A DNA stretch of 62,827 bases, counting the filler. It is 6 parts of 6 records of this genome, joined end to end, with 100 filler letters (N's around TTAATTAATTAA, not from the genome) between each part and the next. Parts side by side here need not be neighbours in the genome. Positions count along the whole stretch, not along the records: positions 12,325 to 29,687 come from SRR2962707_2902; positions 29,788 to 38,883 come from SRR2962707_2904; 4 more parts are not named here. One strand, written 5' to 3'. This document shows positions 23,076-33,600 of the stretch, piece after piece. Below the pieces are notes generated by a model, which searched no databases, was not told where the DNA came from, and saw only the letters and a program-made list of their open reading frames with translations. Positions within the stretch are counted from its first letter, which is position 1; each line of letters starts with the position of its first letter. The translations under genes and the position numbers were made by a program.

Positions 23076-24203
23076 CTATTCTGCTGGAACTATCCGGTAG
23101 ACCTTGCCGTTGTCCGCGTCCGTCAACAGCCACAATGCACCGTCGGGCCCCATTCGCACATCACGGATGCGTTCGCCCAGGTCTTCCAGAAGATCTTCTT
23201 CTTCCCTGACCGTGCCGTTCTCAATGCTCAGGCGCACCAGCTTCTGCATTTTCAGGGCGCCCACAAACAGATCTCCCCGCCACTCCGGGAATTCGTCACC
23301 GGTATAGAATGCCATGCCCGAGGGGGCAATGGACGGGTCCCAATAGTGCAGCGGGTCGGTCACGCCCTCCATGGTGGTTTTGCTGGTGATGGGCACTCCG
23401 GAGTAGTCGATGCCATAGGTGACGTCTGGCCAGCCGTAGTTGTTACCCGCACGGATGATGTTGATCTCGTCGCCACCCCTGGGGCCGTGCTCATGGCTCC
23501 AGATGTCGCCTGTTTGCGGGTGAATGGTCATGCCCTGAATGTTGCGGTTGCCGTAGGTGAAGAAGGTGTCATTCACTGACGGGTCGTCGACAAACGGATT
23601 GCCCGGCGCGGGGGCGCCGTCAACGGTCAGGCGGTGAACGCCGCCAGCATCGTCATCGGTGGCCTGGGCACGGTCCATTTCACCCCGGTCGCCCACCGCG
23701 ACGTACAGATTGCCATCGCGATCAAACTCCATGCGGCCTGCGAAATGACGGCTGGTATTGCCTCGGGGGAGGGCCTCGAAAATCACTTCAACCTCTGACA
23801 GCCGGTCGCCGTCCAACGTTGCACGAGCCACTCTGGTCGTCAGCCCGTCGCGGCTGATCTTATGGGCGTAACTCAGGAACAGAGTGCGATTGTTTTCGAA
23901 GTCCGGATGCAGGATCACATCCAGCAGGCCACCCTGGCCGGAGACCACCAGCTCGGGAACACCGGCAATTGGCTTGTCCTGCAATTCACCATTCTCGATT
24001 CGGCGTAGCCGGCCTTCGCGCTCGGTCACCAACTGTGAGCCATTGGGGAGAAAGGCGAGGCTCCAGGGATGTTCCAGGCCTTCCGCGACCTTATCCAGAC
24101 GAAAGTCGGCTTTGTCTGAGCTGAACGTTTGCCCGAAGGCTGGCCCGGCCGCTGCCAGCCCAGCCAACGCCAGTAGAGTCGCGATGTTGCCGAGTCGGTT
24201 CAT
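23076..24203 (-). CDS. PQQ-dependent sugar dehydrogenase (YliI/Asd family)
   Basis: Signal peptide; GLEHPWSLAFLP, GQGGLLDV, YGNRNIQG, EHGPRGGDEIN, PSIAPSG. Confidence 0.92.
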   Translation of the reverse strand: MNRLGNIATLLALAGLAAAGPAFGQTFSSDKADFRLDKVAEGLEHPWSLAFLPNGSQLVTEREGRLRRIENGELQDKPIAGVPELVVSGQGGLLDVILHPDFENNRTLFLSYAHKISRDGLTTRVARATLDGDRLSEVEVIFEALPRGNTSRHFAGRMEFDRDGNLYVAVGDRGEMDRAQATDDDAGGVHRLTVDGAPAPGNPFVDDPSVNDTFFTYGNRNIQGMTIHPQTGDIWSHEHGPRGGDEINIIRAGNNYGWPDVTYGIDYSGVPITSKTTMEGVTDPLHYWDPSIAPSGMAFYTGDEFPEWRGDLFVGALKMQKLVRLSIENGTVREEEDLLEDLGERIRDVRMGPDGALWLLTDADNGKVYRIVPAE

Positions 24204-24333
24204 AGAATGATCTCCGTCCGCCAGGTTATTCCTGCATCGATAAAGTCTAGCATTTGATACGAACGGAATGGCCGGCAGTATCAGGCGATAACATTACGAC
24301 CAGGCATTACGACCCTGACGTTACCAAAACGGT

Positions 24334-24352
24334 AATGAGAACTATTAACATT
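24334..24352 (+). promoter_or_regulatory. Putative Fur box upstream of the 31-aa ORF
   Basis: AATGAGAACTATTAACATT resembles the AATGATAATNATTATCATT Fur consensus; a TATCAT -10-like hexamer follows at 24361. Confidence 0.55.
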
Positions 24353-24426
24353 TGGGCGAGTATCATGTACAGTTACTTCAATATCAACGGGAACCATCCA
24401 TACCCATGGACACAAGGAGACGTACA

Positions 24427-24522
24427 ATGACCCCGGAAGAGGAAGCGATTGAAGGGCTGAAACTGGCCGCCGGCGCCGGTGTGTTTGTTCTGATCATAGC
24501 CAGCCTCCTGGTGCTCTGGTGA
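24427..24522 (+). CDS. 31-aa single-pass membrane microprotein MTPEEEAIEGLKLAAGAGVFVLIIASLLVLW
   Basis: SD AAGGAG 7 nt upstream of the ATG, host-like codon usage, one hydrophobic helix. Too short for the supplied ORF track. Confidence 0.65.
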   Translation: MTPEEEAIEGLKLAAGAGVFVLIIASLLVLW

Positions 24523-24535
24523 CACGTCCCGTCGG

Positions 24536-26566
24536 TCACGCTTTGCCGTGCCGGCTTAGCCCCCACAAGAAGTAGACGCCACCAACCAGCGCAGCCAGCA
24601 AGCCCGCCGGTAACTGGTTGGGGAAGACCACAATGCGCGACAGGTAGTCCGCCAGGGCCAACAGAAGGCCACCCACCAACCCGGCCACGATCAATTGCCT
24701 TCCAACGGTTTGCTGCCCCAGTACCCGTGCCAGGTGCGGTGCAATGAGCCCTACGAAACTCAGAGGGCCAATCACCACCGTAGCCGATGCAGTCAGTACC
24801 GCGGCAAGCAGCAGCAATAGCAGGCGGGCTTTAGTGACGGGAAGCCCGAGGGACGATGCCGACGTATCTCCCAGAGGCAAGAGCGTCAGGGGTCTTACGA
24901 TCAGCGCCAAAACGCCGCAGATAAGAAGGATGAATCCCAGCAGCCCAAACGCTTCGGTTTCGGAAACCAGCCAGGTGGAACCGTACATCCAGTTCAGCAG
25001 TTGTGACGCGACGGTGCCGCCGGAGGCCATGACCAATCTCAGCCCCGCATCCATGAATACATACAGGGCCAGGCCGCCCAGCAGCAGTTGGTTACCGGCG
25101 AATCGATGTTTTCGGGCCAGGAGAATCAATAACCCGAGTGCGCCGGCCGCGCCGAGCGTCGCAGCGCCAAGCTGCCCGGCCCGGCCTACATCCGCGCCGG
25201 TGAGCACGATAAGAACCATGGCCAGCGCGGCGCCGCCGCTGATACCCAACATCTCCGGGCTCCCCATTGGATTACCCGTCATCCGCTGAATCAGCGTGCC
25301 GGCGAGACCCAATGCGACCCCTGCCAGCATGGCGGCCAACAGGCGCGGGCCGCGCCACACCCAGGCATTGTCCCATTGGGTGACAGGTGTCCAGTTCCAG
25401 CCATCCAGGCCCGGGGACCAACCCATGGAAACGACAACGGTCAGTGCGATCAGCCCGGTCACGATACCACTGACCAGCAACGGCGCGCGCCGCCTGGGCT
25501 GGAAGCCCGCAAGGTTGGATTCCTGCCCGGGCATGTGATGGGTGTTTCTGAAACCCTGTAACGCCAGCAGGATGATGGGGCCGCCAATGAGGGCCGTGGT
25601 GGTTCCCGTCGGCACCAGGGAGCCATCACCCCAGGTAGATGCCCAATGCGCCAGAGTATCCGCCAGCAGCAATAGCCCGCCGCCCATGAGCGTGCTCCAC
25701 AGGATGCGACTGGCTAATGTACGCGCGCCCAGCAGGCGTGCCAGTACCGGCGCTGCCAGCCCCACAAAGGCCACGACGCCCACCCGGCTAACAACCGTTG
25801 CCGTCATCAGTACCACCAGGAACAGAGCCAGTGCCCGAATAAGCCCGACCCTGGCACCCAGTGAACTGGCGGACGACTGCCCCAGTTGCAGCACCTGCAA
25901 CGGGCGCATCAGCAGCAATATCAGCACCGAGATGATCAGCACGCGGGGCCATAGCTCCATGAACGGCCCCCAATTGTTCTGTACCAGGGAGCCGGCGCCC
26001 CAGATGAAAAGATTGCCCAGCCACTCACCCTTGAGCAGCAGAAATGCCATGTTGAGGGCGCCCAGGAAGAAGGTGATGACAAGGCCGGCAAGGATCACCG
26101 TCACGGGTGAAAAACCAAGCCGCCACGTCAGGGCGATGACCATGCCGATGGCGATGAGGCCACCTGCAATGGCCACCAGATCCGGGCTGAAGGCCAGTAA
26201 CCCGGGCGCGAACAGCGTGGCAACGGTCACCCCGAATTGGCCACCCGCTTCCACACCGAGGGTGGTAGGCGAAGCCAGTGGGTTGCCCAGCACCTGTTGG
26301 GTAACCGCCCCGGCCAGACCCAGGCCGCAGCCAATCAGAATGGCGATGGATACACGTGGCGCCCAGCTGAAGTGAGCCAGAACCGATGAATAGTCGTCCG
26401 GATTGAAGGCCCAGAACGCTGACACCACAGCGCCGGCATCCAACTGGTTGAGCCAGGGAGCGGCACTGGCAAGTAACGCGCCCAGCCAGAGGAGTGTGGC
26501 GGCGATGGGCAGCCTGGCGGGCATATCAGGCCGGGAAGCAGGCATGCCGGAGGTGCTAGCGTACAT
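24536..26566 (-). CDS. fhuB: Fe3+-hydroxamate ABC transporter permease (two fused FecCD halves)
   Basis: NPLASPTTLGV and NPMGSPEMLGI repeats, VGVVAFVGL / IGPLSFVGL; about 676 aa. Confidence 0.9.
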   Translation of the reverse strand: MYASTSGMPASRPDMPARLPIAATLLWLGALLASAAPWLNQLDAGAVVSAFWAFNPDDYSSVLAHFSWAPRVSIAILIGCGLGLAGAVTQQVLGNPLASPTTLGVEAGGQFGVTVATLFAPGLLAFSPDLVAIAGGLIAIGMVIALTWRLGFSPVTVILAGLVITFFLGALNMAFLLLKGEWLGNLFIWGAGSLVQNNWGPFMELWPRVLIISVLILLLMRPLQVLQLGQSSASSLGARVGLIRALALFLVVLMTATVVSRVGVVAFVGLAAPVLARLLGARTLASRILWSTLMGGGLLLLADTLAHWASTWGDGSLVPTGTTTALIGGPIILLALQGFRNTHHMPGQESNLAGFQPRRRAPLLVSGIVTGLIALTVVVSMGWSPGLDGWNWTPVTQWDNAWVWRGPRLLAAMLAGVALGLAGTLIQRMTGNPMGSPEMLGISGGAALAMVLIVLTGADVGRAGQLGAATLGAAGALGLLILLARKHRFAGNQLLLGGLALYVFMDAGLRLVMASGGTVASQLLNWMYGSTWLVSETEAFGLLGFILLICGVLALIVRPLTLLPLGDTSASSLGLPVTKARLLLLLLAAVLTASATVVIGPLSFVGLIAPHLARVLGQQTVGRQLIVAGLVGGLLLALADYLSRIVVFPNQLPAGLLAALVGGVYFLWGLSRHGKA

Positions 26567-27488
26567 TGTCAGAGCCCCCGGCCAGCAGGCTGTCTGTCAG
26601 CATGGTGGCCAGCCGTTTCACCGGAAAAACCCCGCCAAACGGCCAGATGGCGTCGATCTCGTAAACCTGATGGCGGTTGACCGCTGGCAGGTACGTCCAG
26701 AACGGGCTGGCGGCCAGGGTGTCTGCAAGCCCGGGGGCGGTGGGCGCAATCACCACAATACGGCTGTCTTCATAAGGGGCTATGGATTCCAGGCCCACCA
26801 CCGAGAAGCCCCAGAAGTTGCCTTGCCGGGGCCAGGCGTTTTCCAGCCCGAGGGCATTCAGGGCACTCTGGTAAAGGCCGTTGGGGGCATAAATACGCAC
26901 GTGGCGGGCGTCCATGAAATTAACCAGTGCAACCGGCCGGTCTGTCAGTCCCGCCGCTTCCAGCCGGCGGCGTTGCGTTTCCAGAGTGGTGTCAATATCC
27001 GCCAGAATCGATTCGGCGCGAGCCTCGCGGCCCAGCATCTCGCCGAGGGTGGTCAGCATGTCACTGGCTTTCTCGAAGGGTTGACTGCCCTCTTTGTACA
27101 CACTGATAACGTAAGTGGGGGCGATACGCTCCAGCAGTTTTGCGGCGGGCGCCATTTCGGCACTGGTAACAATCAGATCCGGTTTGAGTTCGGCAATGGC
27201 TTCGAGGCTGGGGGCGACGCGGGTGCCGATGTTGGCAACCTCCTCTGGAAGCTGCGGCTCATTCACCCACACGTCATAGCCATCGCGGTCAGCGACGCCC
27301 ACGGGCGTCACGCCCAGCAACAGCAAGGCTTCTGTGGCGGCCCAGTTGAGGGCAACAATCCGCTCAGGTTGCTCGTCCAGGGTGAGGGTGCCGCCTTCAT
27401 GCTGCCAGGTGCCGGCGCTGGCGGGCAGCGACAGAGCACCAATGAACACCATGGCAATCAGGGTTTTAGCCACACGCTCAGTGGACAT
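26556..27488 (-). CDS. fhuD: Iron-siderophore ABC periplasmic binding protein
   Basis: PERIVALNW..EALLLLGVTPVGVAD, IGTRVAPSLEAIAELKPDLI, NFWGF, WPFGG. Confidence 0.85.
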   Translation of the reverse strand: MSTERVAKTLIAMVFIGALSLPASAGTWQHEGGTLTLDEQPERIVALNWAATEALLLLGVTPVGVADRDGYDVWVNEPQLPEEVANIGTRVAPSLEAIAELKPDLIVTSAEMAPAAKLLERIAPTYVISVYKEGSQPFEKASDMLTTLGEMLGREARAESILADIDTTLETQRRRLEAAGLTDRPVALVNFMDARHVRIYAPNGLYQSALNALGLENAWPRQGNFWGFSVVGLESIAPYEDSRIVVIAPTAPGLADTLAASPFWTYLPAVNRHQVYEIDAIWPFGGVFPVKRLATMLTDSLLAGGSDNVR

Positions 27489-28251
27489 ACGAGACCCACT
27501 GGCCCGGCGCCCGCTCCATCACCCCCATTGGTACGCCGTAAATGGATTCCAGGATTCCCGAGTCCATGATGTCGCGTGGGCTGCCATCTGCAATCAACCG
27601 GCCGCCTTTGAGGGCCACCAAGCGGTCGCAGAAGCGGGCGGCCAGGTCGACATCGTGCAGTACCACAATCACCGTCAGTTCCCGTTCTTCGGCCAGGCGG
27701 TGCACCAGGCGCAGGGTTTCCACCTGGTGTTTGACGTCCAGGGCGGAAATCGGCTCGTCCAGCAGCAGGCAGCGAGTTTGTTGCGCCAGCAGCATGGCAA
27801 TCCAGGCGCGCTGGCGTTCGCCGCCGGAGAGCGTGTCCACAGAGCGGTGCTGGAAGTGGTCGAGCCCGGTATCGTGTATGGCCTGGTCGATGAACTGGTG
27901 GTCTTCGCCGGTATAGCGGCCTAAAGGCCCGCGCCAGGGATAACGCCCCAGGGCAACCAGTTCCCGTACGGTGAGGCCGTCCGTGCCCGGTGGATGTTGG
28001 GGGAGGTAACCGACCGTACGGGCGAATTCCCGCGCGCCGGTGGTCCGGAATGAGCTGCCAAGAAGGCTTGCATTGCCCGAAGAAGGCGACATCTGGCGGG
28101 CCAGCACTTTCAATAACGTGGACTTGCCGGAGCCATTGTGACCGAGCAGGGCAGTGACCTCGCCTTCACGAAACTCGATGTTGATGTCGTCAAGGATCGC
28201 AGCGTCACCAATGTGCACGCCCAGGCTGGATACTTCAAAGAACGCAGACAT
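27478..28251 (-). CDS. fhuC: Iron-hydroxamate ABC ATP-binding protein
   Basis: GHNGSGKST, LSGGERQRAWIAMLLAQ, LLLDEP, VLHD. Confidence 0.88.
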   Translation of the reverse strand: MSAFFEVSSLGVHIGDAAILDDINIEFREGEVTALLGHNGSGKSTLLKVLARQMSPSSGNASLLGSSFRTTGAREFARTVGYLPQHPPGTDGLTVRELVALGRYPWRGPLGRYTGEDHQFIDQAIHDTGLDHFQHRSVDTLSGGERQRAWIAMLLAQQTRCLLLDEPISALDVKHQVETLRLVHRLAEERELTVIVVLHDVDLAARFCDRLVALKGGRLIADGSPRDIMDSGILESIYGVPMGVMERAPGQWVSYVH

Positions 28252-28290
28252 GCAGGCTCCCATGGATCTGAGGGCCTGCAGAATAATCTA

Positions 28291-28309
28291 AATGCGAATT
28301 ACTATCAAT
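28291..28309 (-). promoter_or_regulatory. Putative Fur box upstream of fhuC
   Basis: AATGCGAATTACTATCAAT, about 40 bp upstream of an iron-uptake operon. Confidence 0.7.
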
Positions 28310-28336
28310 GTGTGCCTGGCAATGTATGGCGTGCTG

Positions 28337-29687
28337 TCAGGCCTGACCGGTCTGCACGCGCCATTGTGCGGAATAGGGGCCGTTATTCTCCAGCAGTTCC
28401 TCATGGCGGCCGGACTCCAGAATGCGCCCACCGGCTACCACCGCAATGGTATCCGCATCCACTATGGTGGACAGCCGATGCGCGATCATGATCACCGTGC
28501 GATTGTGGCCGATCCGCTTGAGTGAACGCTGGATAGCCGCCTCGGTCTCGTTGTCCACGGCACTGGTGGCTTCGTCGAGCACCAGGATGGGCGGGTCTTT
28601 CAGCAGTGCACGGGCCAGTGACAGACGCTGGCGCTGGCCACCGGAAAGCCGCACCCCGCGTTCGCCCACGGCGGTGGCAAGCCCCTCGGGCAGCGCCTCA
28701 ATGAAGGACCAGGCCTCGGCCGTCTTGGCGGCTTCGATAATCTGTTCGTCACTGGCGCCGGGGGAGCCGTAGGCAAGATTCTCGCGGATGCTGCCCTCGA
28801 ACAGGTACACGTCCTGGCTGACCAGGCCGATGGCCTCCCGCAGGGACTTCAGGCTGACGGACTGGATGGGCTGGCCGTCGATGCGGATCTGGCCGCCCGT
28901 GGGGTCGTAGAAACGCAACAACAGCTTGATCAGTGTGGACTTACCGGAACCGGTCGCCCCGACCAGCGCCAGGGTGTTGCCGGCTGGTACCGCTACCGAA
29001 ATGTCGTCGATACCGGCACCGCTGGACGGGTAGTGGAAGCTCACGCCCTCGAAGGTGACTTCGCCCTTCACCGGCTGTTCCAGCGTTTTGCCGGATTCAT
29101 CCCGAACGTGAACCGGCTCAGCCAGCAGGTCCAGGATGCGGCGGGTGCTGGCCATGGCCCGTTCAAACAGGTCGATTACTTCCGCAAGGCCGGTCAGAGG
29201 CCACAGCAAACGTTGGGTCAGGAACACCAGCACGCCGTAAGCACCGACGTTCAGAGAGCCTTCCAGCGCCATCATGCCGCCCACGGTAAAGGTGGCCAGG
29301 AAACCTGCCAGGATCGCCATGCGGATCACCGGAATAAACGCGGAGCTGATGCGAATGGCCCGGCGGTTTGCGTCCACATAGGCTTCACTGCTGGCTTTCA
29401 GCCGCTCCGCTTCCCGGTTTTCGGCTGTGAAACTCTTGATGGTGGCAATGCCGCCCAGGTTGTTGGCCAACCGGCTCGACAGGTCACCGACCTTCTCGCG
29501 CACGTCGGCGTACAGCGGGCCAGCCTTGCGCTGGAAGTAGAACGCGCCCCAGATAATCAGCGGAATGGGAGTAAACGCCAGCAGGGCAATGAGTGGCGAC
29601 AACACGAAAAACACAGCGCCCACGGCAACGACCGTCACCACGACCTGAATCATGGCGTTGGCGCCGCCATCCAGGAAACGCTCCAGC
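28337..29687 (-). CDS. ABC exporter (fused TMD-NBD, MsbA/ABCB-like), 5'-truncated at the contig end
   Basis: TM helices, GATGSGKST, LSGGQRQRL, LVLDEATSAVD, IAHRLST. Confidence 0.9.
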
Positions 29688-29787
29688 NNNNNNNNNNNNN
29701 NNNNNNNNNNNNNNNNNNNNNNNNNNNNNNNTTAATTAATTAANNNNNNNNNNNNNNNNNNNNNNNNNNNNNNNNNNNNNNNNNNNN
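29688..29787. other. Artificial contig-joining spacer
   Basis: N44-TTAATTAATTAA-N44. Confidence 0.97.
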
Positions 29788-30657
29788 AAAAGAAAAACAA
29801 AAAAAAAACCAAAAAAAAAGAAAAAAGCAACAAGAGGCCACAAGAAAGGGGAGTATCAGTTTACAAAAGCAGTGTTCTATGTTCGATTTAATACCGTTGA
29901 ATCCACGTATTTAGCGAAAGCCGCATCGGTTGCGGGCCGTCAACCATCCCAGCCGTTCACACAACACAGTAGAAGCCTCTCAACCCCACTCAACCGGTAT
30001 TCAACTCCAACGACGCTACGCAACTGTGTGAGAGCTCAGCGTGTGTTTCGGACTTCCCATTGGTGCGTGCACTCCAGCTCTGCACCAGACAGTCGTTGAT
30101 TGGAATGTCGGAGGCCTCCTCCAACTCGCGACGGAGGATGGGATCGTGTCTCAGGACGTGCGGTGTCTGAAGTCCACGATTGACCCTGCTCCTGCTGCTG
30201 GAGCATTCGAGGTGCGGGTGCATTAGAGGTGCGGGGGCGGTGCTGCGGACGGCACAGTCGTGGGGGGCGGCCGAGGGCGGAGTGTGGGTGCTTGGTGGTT
30301 GGTGGGCGAAGGGACTGGATTGATTCGGCACTGGGCTGGCGGTTGTGATGTTGCGGCGGTTGGGATGTTTCAGACGAAGGGTGTGGGGACTCTGTGGAAG
30401 ATTGACGGTTCGCTTCAGGGCGACAGAGAAACGGATGCTCTTCGTTTGTCGAATGACTGGCGGGGAGGAAGTGATGTGTTGTTCGCTATGATGCTTGAAG
30501 ACAAGCAACAATGCTCCGCTGTTTCAAGTCCACGACGATGGAATACTTTCATACAACTCCATTTATTTTGGCTGGTCGAAAATTGAAACATTTTCGAATT
30601 GGGGCGCACAACAACCATTCCCGTTATCTTGCCCAGCAACTGCCACTGCAATTTCAG

Positions 30658-33600
30658 GGAGAAGCTGGCGCCGCTGGAGGAAGACGATGCCAGTTCAATT
30701 CAATGTCATCATCCATCAGGATATTGCTGAAGCCAGGAAGTTGCATCGATCGTTTCAAAGTGCAATAGGTGGGGAGGTACGTGTCGAATAGCGTCCAAGT
30801 ACGTACAGAAATGTAGCGATCTGTGTTTGCTTGTTTAACTTCAGCCTTGCAATCATTTCTTGCAACTGTCCTAGCAGTTCGAAGCTATCTACTTGGAAGT
30901 GCAGCACGCTCTAGGTAAGAAAGAGCTTTTGGATGTTTGTGAGGCATACGGCCGAGTTTGCACTTGCACAGCGCACTCAAATGCGGGCTGCCTGCGTTGA
31001 CAGCCTACGTATCGAACTCAGAGAACGTGACCCCCCCTGCGGTCGTTTTCGTGGACATCACGGAACACGATGCTGAAAAAAAAAATCGCATTGCAAACAG
31101 TGGGCTGCTTCGAAGTTTATTAGGTGCAGTTTTTATGGTTCCAGTTGCATACGTGCATGCTTGTCTCCTCGTGTTTGCTTGCCACGCCTTGGACGCTCAC
31201 CACCAAGTGCTTTGTTGGCAGGACCATCGCCCAAACTGGTGGTGTACTGGACCAATTCCACTTTCCCGGTGTTGCCGAATTTTAGGGAAGCAGGTGTCGA
31301 CGATTTTGTTGGACAACCCACATTCGAGCGGATGAGCGTGCTTTTGCAAACGCTTGGGGTGTGTAATGTGAGGCTGGCGGTTGGCTGTGGGCACATCAGT
31401 CGCAATGGTACGACGCGGTTGCTTGCTCATCCAATGATATCCACCTTGCGTTCGATTGCAACTCTGCCAGATGATAGAGCGAGAAGACATGTCTGCGCTG
31501 TCATCTGACATCAGTGCACCAAGCGATTTCATCTTGGACGAAGATTCAACCCTCGGGTACGCTGTACTTTGATTGTTAAATAATGCTTCCGGAAATGTTG
31601 GCGTTCGTTTGTCGCTTCAACTGCTTCATTGACATGCTTTCCACAGATTTATCGACGACGGATTTTGTGACAAGCCAGCGGTGAACAACGCTGAGCAAGT
31701 GTCGACGTTCAAAGTCACAGAAAATCATGCAGAAAAGCCTCGTCGCATGAGCATTCGTCAAAGCATCGCGTCTTACCAGCACAATGTGTTGGAATATGTT
31801 GAATGCGGTTTGTTGAAAACAAGTTTTGCTGTCTCTTGTATGAATGTATTTTCAACGCGTTTCTTTCGCGTCTTTCTGACGTTCTTGACGGCGTTACTTT
31901 GATTTGAAAGCGCATATTGTCACGGAGCGTAAGCCAGGCGAGGTTGTTGACTTTGGGCACGAAGGAAACTTGGACATGTACAGTGCGAGAAACATTGTCA
32001 AGCGCAAGCGGCTGCTCGAACATGCAGGCATCCGTGTGCGTCCATGTGCATATTGCTTCGATGAATATTGTAAAAAACAATACTTGCGCTTGGGCAATGT
32101 CCTCTTACTTTCCACCAACCGGATGCACAACATTGACAAGGTTCCCATCGACCTGCTATGGGGTGTCGTTGACATGGCCAAGGACGAGCGTGGGATGATC
32201 TCGCGCAGTCACTATTTGACTATGTAAGTAGGCCCCTTCACGCTTCGCGATTCTCGCAAACAAGTCAGTGTGATGTGATTCATGCATGCACCGTTAATCT
32301 TCCTCATGGATTGCAACTGAGCAGGAGTGTAAAAATGCACCGTTTACTCATTAGAGACTTTGATGAGAAAGAGGCTCGAGAAAACGCTGCTGGGGACTGG
32401 GACCGTGACGTTCAGGTTCGAAGACAGCTTCATTGAGATCACGCTTTGTACGTTGATTGACAGCGCTCATTGGGACGATGTAATGCCGATGTCGATTTGA
32501 TAGCGTGTACCAGACCTGCCAGATGGGGCAATGAATGAGGAGGCATTTTTCCGCTCGATGTTTGAGCTGGTTGATAATTGGCGAGTTTGCTCGCAATTTG
32601 ACTTTCATTAGTGGTATAGCTTGGCAGTTCCAAGGAATTGACGCACTCGTGCGGTCTTCGTCGTTTCGCAGGTGCAGCACGACGGACGTTAACGAGTACA
32701 TCATTTTTTTGTTCAGCCTGCTGGATGGAATCACTTGTGAAAGTGCGTCGCCTTTGATGACTTGGTTTGCACGGGCACTGAGGCGCTTACTTCGCCGCCT
32801 GTGTTGAAGTGACTGTTCTAATTTGTATTGCGCAGGTCCTCTCAGCGATGATTCGCCGGAAGCATCGCAGGTAAATAATGAGTAGTTGATTTGTTTTTCA
32901 AGTTCTTGCCTGAGGGTTGACGCACTTACGCTGTGGCTTTGTTGAGCAGAAGCTGCAATGGCGAGATGACAGCGACATCGCTTATCACGACCCGTCTTCA
33001 AGTGCCAAAAGTCGCTCAAGGATATTCATAGGTGGGGCTGCGTACAAGCATTCCCGAAGTAAGCATACTGCATCTGTGATATACATTGCGGCACCTGTTA
33101 CGCATTGACGCTCCAAAATGCTTTTTTCTGGAAATCCTCATGCTCTGGTTGTGAACCACGTTCATAGATATTCAAGACGTTCACGTTCATGGAACTGGCC
33201 AGTCTGCCCCAGGCGCGGGGTACGCACTCGAAGTTGCAATGCTGTTGGTTTTACCTCCTTGTGTGCTCTAGTCCATGACATAACGGGCTTTATTTTGGTG
33301 CTTCTGTTGGGCACCATTGTACTAGGACGCACGCGTATGTCATTCTCGCGTCAGGCCGCGAGTTTCGGTTTGGACGGCGAGGCAAGCAGGGCTATATCTT
33401 GAAACGTCAAAGTCACACCCACGCTGCCGATCCATCTGATTCCGCCCGCCAGCATCCACGCTTGTCTATGGACAAGACAGGGCGCAAGAAGTCACAGGTT
33501 TGAAAAACACAACGTGCATTTGCTCTGTATGAATGCAAAGCGCACCTGGAACGCCCTGAAATACGTGTTCACACAATACATGCAACGTAGAAAGAACCTT

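Noticed and set aside
12325-29687. Horizontal transfer of bacterial operons into the eukaryote
   Set aside because: The region is bounded by artificial spacers with no sequence continuity; the same applies to 53425-62827.
32351-33019. 222-aa minus-strand ORF
   Set aside because: It is antisense to phase-consistent plus-strand exons carrying a recognisable domain, and has no motifs of its own.
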